Shown here piece after piece: positions 36,001 through 49,428 of a DNA stretch of 64,000 bases. The stretch covers positions 3,720,001 to 3,784,000 of the forward strand of contig JBHGNT010000003.1 in NCBI GenBank assembly GCA_043228905.1, in the 5' to 3' direction. The first letter of the stretch is position 1; every line of letters starts with the position of its first letter. The stretch comes from Azolla caroliniana. Its lineage: Eukaryota > Plantae > Polypodiophyta. The notes beneath the pieces were generated by a model. The model made no database searches, had not been told where the DNA came from, and was given only the letters and a program-made list of their open reading frames with translations. The translations under genes were made by a program, and so were the position numbers.

Positions 36001-36519
36001 GATGGTTAACCTCATGTGTCATTGGGAATATACTTAGTCAATTTGGTGGGAGGGGGGCAGAATTTGCCATTCAAAACCAAATGGGTGGTTTTCCCCAATG
36101 GTGATGTTTATGTTTGAGTTGTCATGATGACAACATCTAAGATGTCATTCATGTTTATTTGCCAATTAATGTGCATCCACGATTGTACTACTAGAGGGGT
36201 TGATGAAACTAGCCAATGAAGTGGCAACTAGTACCCATGGTTCCTCCACCTATGCTAGTCCATGGAGAATGTTGTTGAGCATATCATTGAGGCGCAATAA
36301 CAAATATAAGAGTTGTTTCAGCAAAATGAATACCTAAAATTATGCGAGGGCTAGCTACATTGCATCGAGATTTGCCATCCAGTCTTGTAGACAGGTCATG
36401 TCAACTAGGCTCATTGCTTCGATGATAGATAGTTGGCACCCCTTGTAATGTCCACAACTAATTTGCCTTCTCCCTCTAGCGAGTACTCATGTTGTTAAAC
36501 ATTTGACTCATTTGCATAC

Positions 36520-36820
36520 AGTTCATGTGTAAGGCGCAATCAACCAATACTCCAAAGGTGGTGTTGAGAAGTTGAGGATACCAAATTTTGTCTACATGGA
36601 TTATTGAAGTGCCAATAGAAATGTTCCTTAGGTTTGTTCTCATGGGGTCAATGTGACAGCTTAGAAAGGACTTATATTTGTTATTGCCTTCTCCCCCTAG
36701 TGAGTAGTCATAATGTTGAACATTAGACTCATCTACATACAATTCATGTGTAAGGCACAATCAACCAATACTTCAAAGATGGTGTGGGAAGTTGAGGATA
36801 CCAAAAGTTGTCTACAAAGG
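36520..36820. repeat. ~75-bp direct duplication
   Basis: TTCATGTGTAAGGC(G/A)CAATCAACCAATACT...GTTGAGGATACCAAAA at ~36522 and ~36743. Confidence 0.75.
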
Positions 36821-36858
36821 GAGAAGGCAACAAACTTGTCAACCAACAATAGATGTTT

Positions 36859-36899
<41 letters not shown>

Positions 36900-36924
36900 T
36901 GTGTGTGTGTAGAGTTTTGGATGC

Positions 36925-37450
36925 AGGATGGTAGTCTCATCTTCCGTTCCGTGCTAAGGTGTTTCTTTGGCGTGTGATTGTTGGTGGGTTGCCTTTGGCG
37001 ATGGCTTTAAAACGTCGAAATATTTCAAATGGGACATGTTCTTTTTGCGGTGGTTGAGGAAGATGCCAGACACAGGTTCATTACATGTCCGGTTGCTAAA
37101 GCCATTTGGGTTGTTATATCACAAATTTGGGCATCGATAACATGCAATATTTTGTCACCTTTTAACTGGGTTTTTATTGATGACGATAAAGGCATGCCTG
37201 CACTATCATAAAAGGTCGTGTTTGACTACCTTAGGTATTGGGGGATGTGGTTTAATTGGACCATGAGAAATGGGTTCTTGTTTCATGGACTTCATGTGGG
37301 TAACACAACAACTCCGTAGGATGAAAGGGAAATTAATGTGGCAATTTTCACAACTATGTTGTTTGGGAACGTTGTCCCGAGAGGAGATAGAGGTATGCCA
37401 TCTAGTTTTGCAACACTTGAGAGGGTTTCCCATGCATTATCACTGCCCAT
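36925..37450 (+). mobile_element. L1-type LINE 3' fragment (zf-RVT zinc-binding region) between compound microsatellites
   Basis: CFLWRVIVGGLPL...GTCSFC / EEDARHRFITCPVAKAIW (CxxC..H..C, frameshifted); (GA)n(GT)n tracts at ~36860-36910 and ~37519-37560. Confidence 0.75.
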
Positions 37451-40400
37451 GATGTAGTGAAGATAGCAAGGGTTGTATTATCATCTTGTTTTAATAACAA
37501 AACATTGATTTACGAAAAGAGAGAGAGAGTGTGTGTGTGTGTGTGCATATGTGTGTGCGCGCGCGAGCGGGCACGTGCCTGTGCGTGTGTGATTTTGCAT
37601 GTTTGTGTAAATGTATGAATGTGTGCAAGTATGTGTAAATTTGCATTTGAACATTCAAGCGTGCAAGTGTTCTTGTGTGTTGAAAAATGTGTGCAAGTGT
37701 ACATGAACATTTTGTGTATATGTTTTTGTTTACATATATCATTATATGTGGATGTAAATGTGTGCTAATGTATTTCATGTGTATATATGTGTACATGTAA
37801 ATTTGGGCATATGTGTAAGTGTGTGTATTCAGATTGGAAAGAGAAAAGGAAAACAATTAGTGTGAAACTTAGGTTAAAGGTCAGAGAGTTGGTTCAACAA
37901 ATCTAGGTTTGGTGAGAACTCAATGTCAGGACCATAAGTTGCCAATGCTTGGGCAATGTCGTTGCCCTTGTGTAGGAGCATTGCATGAGCAAAGAACGTT
38001 CAAACTCTGTTGAGTTCTCTTAGCATAATTCCACACAAGAGAATAAACAAGTTCTCTCATTTTGGAGTCTCCACGAGTCTCATCTAGGTCATACACAAAG
38101 TGAGTTCTCTCATGCACGTTTGACGCAATAGATTAAGTTTTCGTGTGGAATTTGACACCTAATCAAATTGTTTGTTCACACAATGGTTGCCTTCTTGCCA
38201 TTTCTCATCAATTCCCTTCCTAGTAGTTTTGTGTTGCCTGGAAGTTGGTGTAGCTCCATGCAAGAGCACTAAATTACCAATTCAAAGGTGTAGGTGAATT
38301 TTGATATAAGCCCAAAATTGTAAAATGTTCAAGGTAAAAATTTAACCGAGTTAATTCAACAAGTTATTTTTGACACTTCTTCCTTTAGACAAAAAAATCT
38401 CATGCTTCATTTTTTCTATGGGTTTATTTTGCATGTAGATATCAATTGTAACTCAATCCTAGTTTTTGGTTGGCATTTTCTTTCATGGGCACTTGATGAG
38501 CAAATTCTCCAATGGACTTTCAAAGAAAATTGCTCTTTGTTATGACATGTCCCAAATTTAAATAAGCATTTTTGCAATGCAAATAATCAAATAATGACAA
38601 TGGATATAATTCCCTATAATTACATAGATACAAGTAGGTAGGTTCAAGTAATAGCAAATTTTACAACAAATTATATTGAATACATAGGAAGTATAACAAA
38701 AGATATAGAAAGTAGGGGGATATCCTTGATTTAGGGTGGTAACTTTGTTATCGATGGAATAGATAGATGCCTTGGTCATTGTGAGCCTTCCATGCACCAT
38801 CTTCTCTCTTGTCACAAAACTATCTTATTCAAGTACACAACCTTCACCGAAGATTCAACCCTTACATTGTCTCATGTGTTGAGTGGTGATTCACGTGTCA
38901 TGGAGTGAGGAAAGTGCGGGCTTGTGGTAGGGAAAAATATGGAGAGAGGGTATGAGGGAATTTAGCAATGATGTAACCACTTCACTTCAGATAGAATGTG
39001 TGGTATGGGGCCTATATAGACTTCTAAAAGCACAAAACCCAATGATGGGATGGTGAGGGAGGTGGTTGCATGGGTGTCATTCAAACAGTGAGTGATAGGT
39101 GGGTGAAGGCAACCATCAGAGGAAGGAACTTGTGATGTGGTGGTTCTAACATGGTGGCGTAGTTGAAGAGGTTGTAAAGGAATGTGTGATTAATGGCAAC
39201 ATGTTGAAGACATTGAATGTTTGTTGGTGTTGAGGGTATATGTTATATCGATAATGTTGGCATGGTAAATTTTGTTTGACACAATGTACTAATGCGTAGC
39301 GTGTAGGGTTATTTTTAGGTACATCAACTTGGTATCTACTATGTTGTCAACCACATTGATGTATTGAGGGGAATGAAACAAGGATAGTTGTACTTTACAT
39401 TGATGTATTGTTAACTGGGATAGTTGTATTTTACTAAATGTATGGGCTCTAACACGATTGTTCAGAGAAGTGAAAAAATGTTGAAAACTAACTTAGATGT
39501 CGAAGTCAAGTATGCACATTGTTAGGTGTCAATGAATGGGCAATGACTTCGATAATCTCAACCACATTAGTTTATTGATGAGGTGTGATTGGAGGATGCG
39601 GAAATGTTGGCTCTTTTAACAATCTTGTGGCAATGTGTGTGGTGGGGTTTGTGGACATGGTTAAGCATCATCATGACCTCCATCAATACTATTGTCATGA
39701 TTGGTATGTCAAATGTCATTATCAAAGTAATTGTTATGGTGATTTGGCATGCCCATGCATATAAGTGTCTTGTAAACTAGGGAACTTTGATGGATCCTAT
39801 AGGTTTAACTTTTAAGACATTTGCTCGTTATTAGAGACCGGTAGTGTGTCAATGTGGGTTCTTCATTGGAGCATGTAGGTGTTGTCAAGTAAAGTTTTCT
39901 TTGTTAGAGCATATGAGGTGTTAAATGGTTGAATGGAATTTGTATGCATCTTTCCTTTGCTAGAACATGTGTATTTGAGGCGAACACATACTCTATGCTA
40001 GAGTACACATGTGATTGGTAAGCTTAAGCTCTTTGTTAGAGGATGTGGGTGGTGTTCAGTGGCAACACATTCTTTGAGAATGTGTGTATGTTGTAATGTG
40101 GGCACATACCTCTCTCCTAGGCTACATGGATTGGTGAGAGTGACATATGTTCTTTCCTAGAGCATGGTGTTCTCTTTTCAATACATTTATCCTATATATA
40201 AGAATGGGTTGGTTTTTGTTTGTTCCTTATTTTTGTTATCCAATAAATAGCACATTCCTCATGTGGCCAAAGCTCTTCTTTTACATAACGTAGATGCAAG
40301 GCCCTTTTAGAATAGTGTTGGTGTTCTTGTGTCCTTTGTTTCGTTTACATAATGTGGATGCAAGGCCCTTTTCTTGGTATCTAAATGTTCTACATTTTTT

Positions 40401-42259
40401 CTCTTTCTCTTCTCATGCCAATATCAATGAAGCATGCATCATGTACTTAACATACAATTTGCTAGGGCTTTAATTGGATAATTGACACCTTATTTGTTGG
40501 AAATCAGTTGAATATCTATAATATATATTGTGCATTTGTTTGCACTTTTGCACATTATTGTAACCTGAAAAATATATGCAAATTTTCAAACTTGGGTATC
40601 CTAAAAGAAAAAACAACCTTATCACACCATGGTTTCAATCTTAGTTAAGATACAAAAGGTTGTTGGTTTTTACAATTAGTGCCAAAGACAATGCTCCTAC
40701 ATGTAGTGCCGAGCTCAAATAGAGAACATTTCTTGCCTTGCTCACTATATATGTATTCATGCTTGTGTTTGTTAACATTGGTGTGTATATATTTGTCTAT
40801 GGACAATGTAGGTTGGTGTACTTGTGTACTATAGTTGACAATGATATCAATTCACCTCACAAAACATGCCCAATGTCATGACTCAAAGCATAAATTGGCA
40901 AAGTTCAATGCATTTTTCCCGTGATTTTATTGTTAAACTATTAAGATCCTAAAATAAATTGCTTTCACAATGCAATAGTCATACATCTTTTTCTAAAGAG
41001 TGTGGTCTAAATGTACGACATACTAACTAAAAACCATATGTAAATACATAATCATAATGCAACATGTTAACATCTTTTTCGAAAGAGCGTAGTTTGAATG
41101 TGCGACTATCCTAACCAAGAACAATTTGTAAATTTAAAATCATAAAATAGATCAAGCATATAATTAAACTATGTGTAAATTTATAGCAATATAATGGATC
41201 AAGGGTATCTTTTGTTCATCGTCAAGAATAGCCTAGTCATTTCCGATGAACAGAGATATGAATAGAAGACATCTCCGAGGGAAACCTCACAACCTAGTAG
41301 TCAACGTGGCGATAATGACATTTATCAATATGCCACTGATTACTTACTGGGATCGTCATAGATGATTAATGTGTGCATTCCATGATCTCTAGAAGACTCT
41401 CCCGTAGCACGACCAGGATGTAGTGCCGGGAATTACAGGAGAGCAGAATCTTTCATTACCCTTTCTAAATGTTTGAATAAACCTTCAAATTGAGATGTGC
41501 AATTGCACAATGCAAGAACTTTGCTTGAATATTATGTTGATAAACATTTCATGCATATGTTGTCTTGCAAGTTGCTCTTCCAAATTCAATGTTTTTTGCT
41601 CAACTAATGCATTATGAATATGCAACCATCGTAGATCAACTATCTCTAGTCAAAGATTTTGGTTTATGACAACAAAAAACATGCCAACAATATTTTGTAT
41701 TATGGATGGGAATTCCAAGGTGTTCTCTCCAAGAGCATTGATGTGGATTGATGGCAATTGTTAACGACCTAAAGTTACTCCTATCCATATGCAATAGTCA
41801 TACATCTTGGCTTGAGGGGATGTAGTTTTAAAGTGATGCCTTCATGTCCAATTGGTAGATAATAGATGCATAACCAGATGATGTATCAATGTGTTCTCTC
41901 TCAAAAAGAGATAAATAGTTGGGATGGCAAACCTAGTGGACTTCTCTTGCCACTATTTTTAAATGGTTCTATAAACCTTTGAGTGGAGACATGCACATGG
42001 TGAGGACTTTGTACATTCAATGTGACATGTTACTTTGCAAGTTGTGCATTACCACTCATATTTTTCCTACAACCTATCCTTTAGTTGTATGGAGCGCTAT
42101 TAATGTGGAAAGTTGGGCAATTGTTAAGAACCGAAAGTGCATGGCTCCACTATGCAACCCTCATATATATTTATATACGTGTGTGTGTGGTTTAAAACTT
42201 ACATGTTATTGGCCAAAAATAAATAAATTTCTAACCATACAATGTTTCTTCTCATAAAT

Positions 42260-43050
42260 GGCCAAAATACTTAAGACAATGGATATCTCTTCCAAATGTT
42301 TATACATACCTTTAAATGGGCATACACCATGGCAAGTACTTTTCCAAATGCAGGAGATTCCTATAACCTTTCAAGGACATGTTGTTGTAAATGATGTTCC
42401 TTCCCTTATCAAAGATACCAACTTACGTAAGTCATTATTAATGTTGGTCTCGTTTAGACCTGTGTTGTTGTTAGCTAGAAGGGAGATTAATACGTAACCA
42501 TGCAACATATAGCCATTTCTTCCTCTTGTAGGATTCTCCAAATTTGTGTAAAAAACTTTACGCGGAGACACCATGGCTAGCACTTTCACCAATGCATGAC
42601 ATTCCTATAACCTGTGAAGGACATTTTGTCATGCAAGTTGTTCTTCCCAAACTCCCAGTACTTTAGTCACAACCTATCCATCAACTATATGCCAAAAAAG
42701 AAACAAACTTACCTTCAGTTATCAAGGATGCCAACTCACAAAGAGAATTACTGATGTGGAGGCTTGGGCTATTGTTATGTACGTAAATAAATGTGTATCC
42801 ATCATGTAATAGCCATGTATAGAACAATATTTAAATTTTCTCATGTTACCATATAAAAGGTAGGCAATTACCTAACCCTCAACATATGAACATTTTTGCT
42901 TCTTGGGGAGAGCCAACATAATCAAAACAATGGATGTTTCTTGTTGCATATTCTAAATAGTTGTACAAGCCTTTAAATTTGCACACACCCATGGCAAATA
43001 TTTTCACGCAACGTGACATTCCTATAAACTTTCAAGGACATGTTGCCTTA
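42260..43050. repeat. Three diverged copies of a local repeat
   Basis: CCATGGC...ATTCCTATAA(C/A)CT...AAGGACAT at ~42328, 42571 and 42989. Confidence 0.7.
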
Positions 43051-44887
43051 CAATATGCTTTCCCAAAAATTCAACATTTTTCTCAGAACATGTCCATTAG
43101 CTATATTCCAAAAAAGGGACAAAGATGAAACAAGGCATTGCGAATAAAATGCAATGTGAAGTATGCCTTTATACAATTTAATTTGAATAGACCCACTAGG
43201 TAACTTTTTGGTGAGAAATGTTTTTAGTGAACTTGGAAGAGCAAGCTTCGTCCAAAACAATACGAAAACGAACCAATCTCAACATAAATGATGCCACAAG
43301 ATAGGTATAAAACAATGTCTATAATAAGGTTTTTAAACAAATTTACCATATAGTTTTCATGATCATGAGTGTAGTGATAGGCATCAAGTCTCAAAGCAGT
43401 CATTTCACGTTTGGCACCCTCTATATAGGCTCTTCATTTTTGAAGATGCCTTTCATATTGTTTGAACGGTAAATACAGTTCAATTGATCACTTTTCCCTT
43501 TACCACATTCATAGTTATCGGTTGTGTTTTATCAAGGATACAAACTTATACCATGCATCAAGTAATTCATGTTGTCTAAAATTAAAATAAACACACATCA
43601 ATCCCTTTTAACCATTGACCGAAATTACATTGGCTTCTTCCCTATTTGAACATTTTTTGTAGATCTTACACATTGACAATATGAATTTAACATTACACAA
43701 AATATTGTAGTTTCAAAAATCGAAAGCCTTATTAAAGCTTATAAAAGAAGATAAATCATTTTGATTCAAAGGTAAGGACATTAATCACTTCTACCTTGCA
43801 TGGGCATGTTCATGTCATTGCTATGCCTAGTTCAAAAAAGTACTTGAATGGAGCATGTACTTGAGTTGAGTGTTAGTGGTTGATTGACATTCGAGATGAC
43901 CATTACTTTTGATATAAAAACCAGGTAATGTCCGACAAGAGTCCTCATAAACCCACAAATTAGACACTCTCAATGTCTTGACAACCAACTCCTCTTAACA
44001 AAAAATAATCATTCCTAGGCAACTCTTCCAACAATTTTAATATTAAAGTTTTCGATCCGATGCATTAGAGCAAGCACCATGCCACCACATGTAGGGAATC
44101 GAGAAGAAAAATATAGGGGAGAAAAAAGGGAAGAATTACGTCGTGTACATTAATAAAGTGTTTCTAAATAAAGTGTTTTTTTACATATATCCAACTACTT
44201 TTATACATAAGCTAGGTGTTGATAGATCTTTCGAGGAAGGAGAGAGATTCATTCCAATTTATATCAACTAAATAAAGGGCAAGTCCTCGAGTGACTAGAG
44301 GCATCGGCAAGAGTGGGTGTCCACAAAATGTTTATCTCAAGTTCAAGTACCCCCCAAAGTTGTCCACCCATATTCAAATCTCTATTGGACTCTAGAATGA
44401 ATCAACCCGGGCTCGAGATTTACAAGTTGTGTTCAATTCGGAGACTACCATCCAAAAATGACACCCAAATCAAATCCAAGAGTGCTTATGATGGTATCCA
44501 ATGGCACCCAAAATGAATCCAATCATGGAGCCATCGAAAATTATGCCTGAATCAATCATTTGAGAGTGTAATTTGAATCGAGCCATGCCTTGCTCCAATC
44601 GTAGCCGAATCATTCAAAGAGCACCAAAACGCGATCAAATCCGAGAGTCCCCAAATGGAATATTCGATCGCACCCAAGTCAAAATCCAACCGAAAGTGGA
44701 TTTGAACATCGAAGGCTTCTCAAAATGGGATCTAAAGGTGCCCAAATCCATCAAAGTGGCCAAAAATGGACCAATAGGACCACCCAATAGGACCATTATG
44801 CCACCAAGCAGGAATCTATCCTAGACCTCCTAAAATGGGAATCCAAAGACAGCCCAAATAGAGGAGTTCAGCTCAAAATGGAAAATG

Positions 44888-47800
44888 TCAGATGGAGATG
44901 AGGTCAGGAGGAGAATCAATACACATCTTCTTAGAAAATGATGATGATAATGATGATGATGATGAAGGGGAAGAAGAATTGGTGAGCATTTGAAGCACTT
45001 CACGCATAGTGGGTCTCTGCATAGGTAGCTCAGCAAGGCAATGAAGTGCTACTTTAAGGACAAGCATTATCTGAGTCATGATAACATTAGGTTCTCGGTT
45101 CGAATCGGGCTTGATGCGAGGGTCGATGACTTCCATTAATCCTTCTTTGCTCTGTAACTTCATCCGGACCCATTGAGCAATGTCTATGGCTTCTCCGAAC
45201 TCGGGTTCGAAGGGCCGCCGCCCCGTGACGAGCTCTAATAACACTACTCCGAAGCTATATATGTCACTCTTCTCGTCCACTTTCAATGTGTATACATACT
45301 CTGCAAATCATCAAAAAAACAAATATTTTTCTGTTATGTTTGGGTTTAGGGTTAAAAGAACATGTTATGTTAGGGTTTATGTCATCTACTGTTAAAAAGA
45401 ACCTTAGTATAAACCCACATTATGTGTTTGTAACTAATCTTACCATATCTCTATATATAGCCGTTGACATCTATAGTAGAACCTTCGTAACATATACAGT
45501 CATTGACATCTATAGTAGAATCTTTACAAAAATAAGCAAGAAGACTTACCAGGAGCAATGTAACCATAAGATCCTGCTACCGAGGACATAGATTCGTGGA
45601 AATGAAGCACTTTCGCGAGCCCAAAATCCGCAACATGGGCTTCATATTTCGAGTCCAGGAGGATGTTATTCGATTTAACGTCCCGGTGAACAATGATAGG
45701 AGAGCAATCATGGTGTAGGTAATGAAGACCTTGGGCGGCTTCAGTAGCAATCTTATATCTTTTCAACCAATCTAAGGAACCACCCCTAGGGCCATGTAAC
45801 AACTCACCTAAGCTCCCATTAGGCATATATTCATATACCAATAGGTTAGTATCTCTACTAGAACAGCAACCCAAGAGCCTAACTATATTCCTGTGCCTTA
45901 TCTTCCCTAGGGTTTGAATTTCAGCTGAAAACCCATGATCATCTAGTGTGTGGTGGTGGTGGTGTTCACCCACTTTATTGTTGTATGTAGGTAGTTTCTT
46001 CACAGCTACATATCCAGAAGGGGTTGAGCACCTATACACTATGCCCGACCCACCTTTCCCTATGATATTGTCATCGGATAGACACGCCAACACATGGTCC
46101 GCGGTGAAATCGAGCTTTTGGTAGGCTGTAAGCTTCCATGGCTCGAGTGTGAAACCGTCTCCATGTCCGAGCAACGAGAAGAAAGCATGCCGATTGTATA
46201 CGATTCCGGCAATGAACACCGTGACCGTTAGAGACGATATCGATCCAACGATTATCCAATATATAGTTTCAGGCTGGGGCTTCCCACCTCTTCTTGTGGA
46301 GTCATTATTCCTCACCATGTCTGATTGGCAAGGTGTTTCAATTTGATCCCCACATAGCCCATCATTGCCCACAAATGAGCTTGCATTGAATGTAGCAAAT
46401 TGCCCAAGATTTGGAATAACTCCCGATAAGTTGTTATACGAGAAATCGACCGATGTGAGGGTCTGCATTTTCTGGAAAGATGGAGGTATGGCACCATACA
46501 ATCGGTTCCTCGACAAGTTTAGGTAATCTAACACACCCAAGTTTTGAAGACTAGGCGGTATCTCGCCATCAAGCTTATTCTTGCTCAAGTCCAAATAGGT
46601 TAGATCCTCACATTGCCCCAATGTAGATGGAATGGACCCATCTAGTTGGTTCCCGCTCAAATCGAGCTTTGAAATCTGCTTCAAAGAGCTTATTTCCAAT
46701 GGAATGGGTCCAATGAGCATGTTATCTGGCAAGAGCAAAGCTTGAAGGGAAGATAGGCTGCTAAGGCTGGATGGGATGGAACCGGTAAGCGAGTTCCGAG
46801 ATAAATCTAGTCGGCCCATCTTAGTGTCGACGAGAGATATGTTAGGTGAAGGTATGCTCCCACTAAGCTGGTTATTGGGAGCTTCTAGAATCTGTAATGA
46901 AGGGAGTGAGATGAGTCCATCTGGGATGGAGCCATTGACAAAATTGTGCCCAAATCTCAACCTTGTGAGGCTAACGCATTGCCCTAACCCTAGTGGGATA
47001 GGACCAGAGAACATGTTGTTGAAGAGGATGAGCCTCTCTAGTCTACCCATAGCACAGAGTGAAGGTGGGATAGAACCATGGAAGGAGTTGGAGGAGAGGT
47101 CTAGGGTTAGGAGGCCTTGGTGTGAGCCTAGGGTTTGCGGGACCATCCCGGACATGTTATTCTCCCATAGGGACAAAACTTGTAGGGAAGGTAGGCTGGG
47201 GATGAACCCCGGGATTAGGCCCTGTACCCTGTTCCGGAAGAGGTTTAGAAGCTCCAATCGTCCGAGGCCCGAGAAAGTGTCCGGGATGTGTCCCGAGAGG
47301 AGATTGTTAGAGAGGTCGAGGGACCGCAAGCCCCCGAGCTGGCCGAGCTCCTCGGGTATCGGACCCGAGAGAGAATTGATCTGTAGGAAGAGTGAATCAA
47401 GATTGGTGAGGTTCCCAAGGTGCGGTGGGATGTTTCCGGACAGTCCACAATCGGCCAAGTCGAGGCGGACCAATCGGGTAAGCCGTCCCAATGCGGAAGG
47501 GATACCGGCATCAAATTGGTTGTAGTAACCCAAGTAGAGGTCCTCAAGGAGGGCCAAATTGCCGATCTCCACGGGAATTCTTCCAGTTAGAGAGTTTCCG
47601 GAAAGCGCAAGGTAGGAGAGGTTCATGAGGGAGCCATATTGAGGCGGGATCGGGCCTTCGAAGTAGTTACCACCGAGGTGGAGATGGTGGAGAGAATTGA
47701 GCTTGCTTATCTCTAAGGGTAATGGGCCAGTGAAGTTGTTATTGTAGGCATCAAGGACATGGAGGGAGGCCAGATTGGTCAGGTTTTGGGCTAGAAAGGG

Positions 47801-48361
47801 GCCATTGAAGAGATTGTTGGATATGTTTAGGGACCTTAGGGTAGGGCCAATGTCACAAACACTTGGGGGCAGGGGTCCACTGAGATTGTTGGAGGCTATG
47901 GTGAGATTGACTAGGTTGTGGAGGAGGCCAATTGAGGAGGAAAGGGAGCCAGAGAGGCTCATGTTGGAGAGGTCTAAGGACTCCACAACTAGCAGACCAT
48001 TGCTACTGCCATGGTTTCTCCTTGAAGAGCATTTCACTCCATTCCAGCTACATGGGCTCATTGCATAGTCTATAGACCCAGCATTATCATCATCACCATC
48101 ACCATCCCCTTGCTCTTGGAGATGGATTACCCAGCTGTTTAAGTGGCCCTCTGTATCTATAAGACTATGCTTTATGTCTAGTAATGCATTCATCTCACCA
48201 TCAATGGGAGCTCCAATGGCATAGTTATTGTTAGTGGTAGTGGCAGTGGCAGTGGTGGTGGTGGTGGTGGTGGTGGTGGTAGAAGGAGTAGCACTAATAG
48301 TATTAAGCTTAGAAACAACGAAGAAGAAGGCTATGAAGAGGAAGAAAGGTTGGATAGCCAT
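44888..48361 (-). CDS. LRR receptor-like kinase, subfamily XI, BAM/CLV1 clade, 2 exons, ~1074 aa
   Basis: Exons 48361-45550 and 45300-44888 with the intron at the conserved GYIAP^EY site. Signal peptide, CSWNGVKC cap, ~21 LRRs including LYLGYYN, TM helix, WKLTAYQKLDFT, IIGKGGSGIVY, DHGFSAEIQTLGKIRHRNIVRLLG, HRDVKSNN, DFG, C-terminal PPDLISI. Confidence 0.95.
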
Positions 48362-48431
48362 AGCTGGAGGAAGAAAGAAGCAGAAGAAGACACCAGGAAG
48401 AAAATCAGTGGTGAGTAGATGTATGTATATA

Positions 48432-48570
48432 TATACTCTGTTTCTGTAACACAAACACAAAAATATACTCTGTTTTTTTAACACACACACACACACACAA
48501 AATACTCTGTTTTTTAACACACATACATATATGTACATATTATATATGTAATACTCTGCTTTTTAACTAG
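48432..48570. repeat. Four ATACTCTG(T/C)TT..AAC units with CA/TA spacers upstream of the receptor kinase ATG
   Basis: Units at ~48433, 48465, 48502 and 48551. Confidence 0.8.
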
Positions 48571-48689
48571 GCTCTCTCTCTCTCTCTCTCTAGTCTCTCT
48601 TTCACTCTCTAGATCCCTATCTAGATCCTCCCTCTATGACCTTCCTTCTCCCTCATCATAGCTATCTATATCTATGCTATTGAGTCATA

Positions 48690-48770
48690 CTCATGCTCAT
48701 GCTCATGCTCATGCCAATGCTAACCCTAGTGTTCATGCTCATGCTCATGCTCATGCTAACCCTAGTGTTC
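48690..48770. repeat. (CTCATG)n hexamer blocks, duplicated together with CTAACCCTAGTGTTCA
   Basis: Directly visible. Confidence 0.85.
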
Positions 48771-49008
48771 AAAAGAAATGAAATGAACTCTCCTTCTCTC
48801 TCTCTCAAAATGGAGACACCCCATGGGCTCGAAAACAACTCATTTGATTTCGAGAGAGCTACCAGAGTTCAAAAACCAACCATTTGAGTATGAGAGAGAC
48901 ACTGGAGTTCAAAACCCACCCCTCTATTTCACGGTTTCTTTGCTACATGACCTTTAATGAGTGGGTGGATGGGTATGGGTTGAATACATGATTTTCTTGG
49001 CTTCTTTG

Positions 49009-49428
49009 ATATACATGGCATTACGTCACTTCATGAGACTTCAGATTTCTAAGGTTCAACGCATGAACTTCTTGTCTCCTCCGAGCAATCTTACCATTTG
49101 ACATACAAACCGCTCTCTCTCTCTCGTAGTCAACTTACATTGATGATAAGTCATTAGATTATCAACGCAACACCTTGGGTTGAAAACCCCGACATTCACA
49201 CATCATTCTTTGAACCATATACATGGCATTACTTCACTAGGTGAGACTTTAGATTCTAGGGTTCAACGCATGAACTTCTGGTCTCCTCCGAGCAATCTTA
49301 CCATTTGACATACAAACCGCTCTCTCTTTCTCTCTTTCTCTTTCTCATAGTCAACTTACACTAGTGATTAGTCTTTAAATTATCAGTGCAACACCTCGGG
49401 TTGAAAACCCCGACATTCACATATCATT
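49009..49428. repeat. ~210-bp direct tandem duplication in the receptor kinase promoter
   Basis: ATATACATGGCATTAC...GAAAACCCCGACATTCACAT at 49009-49205 and 49218-49425. Confidence 0.9.

Noticed and set aside
45335-45415. TTTAGGG-like words in the kinase intron
   Set aside because: Only two or three scattered units; not an interstitial telomere array.
46776-47525. 249-aa plus-strand ORF and other ORFs overlapping the receptor kinase
   Set aside because: Antisense shadows of GC-rich LRR codons; no independent gene signals.
24130-48361. Secreted proteins as ligands of the neighbouring BAM-like receptor
   Set aside because: No CLE motif in the proteins, the genes are ~17 kb apart, and plant gene adjacency rarely implies ligand-receptor pairing.
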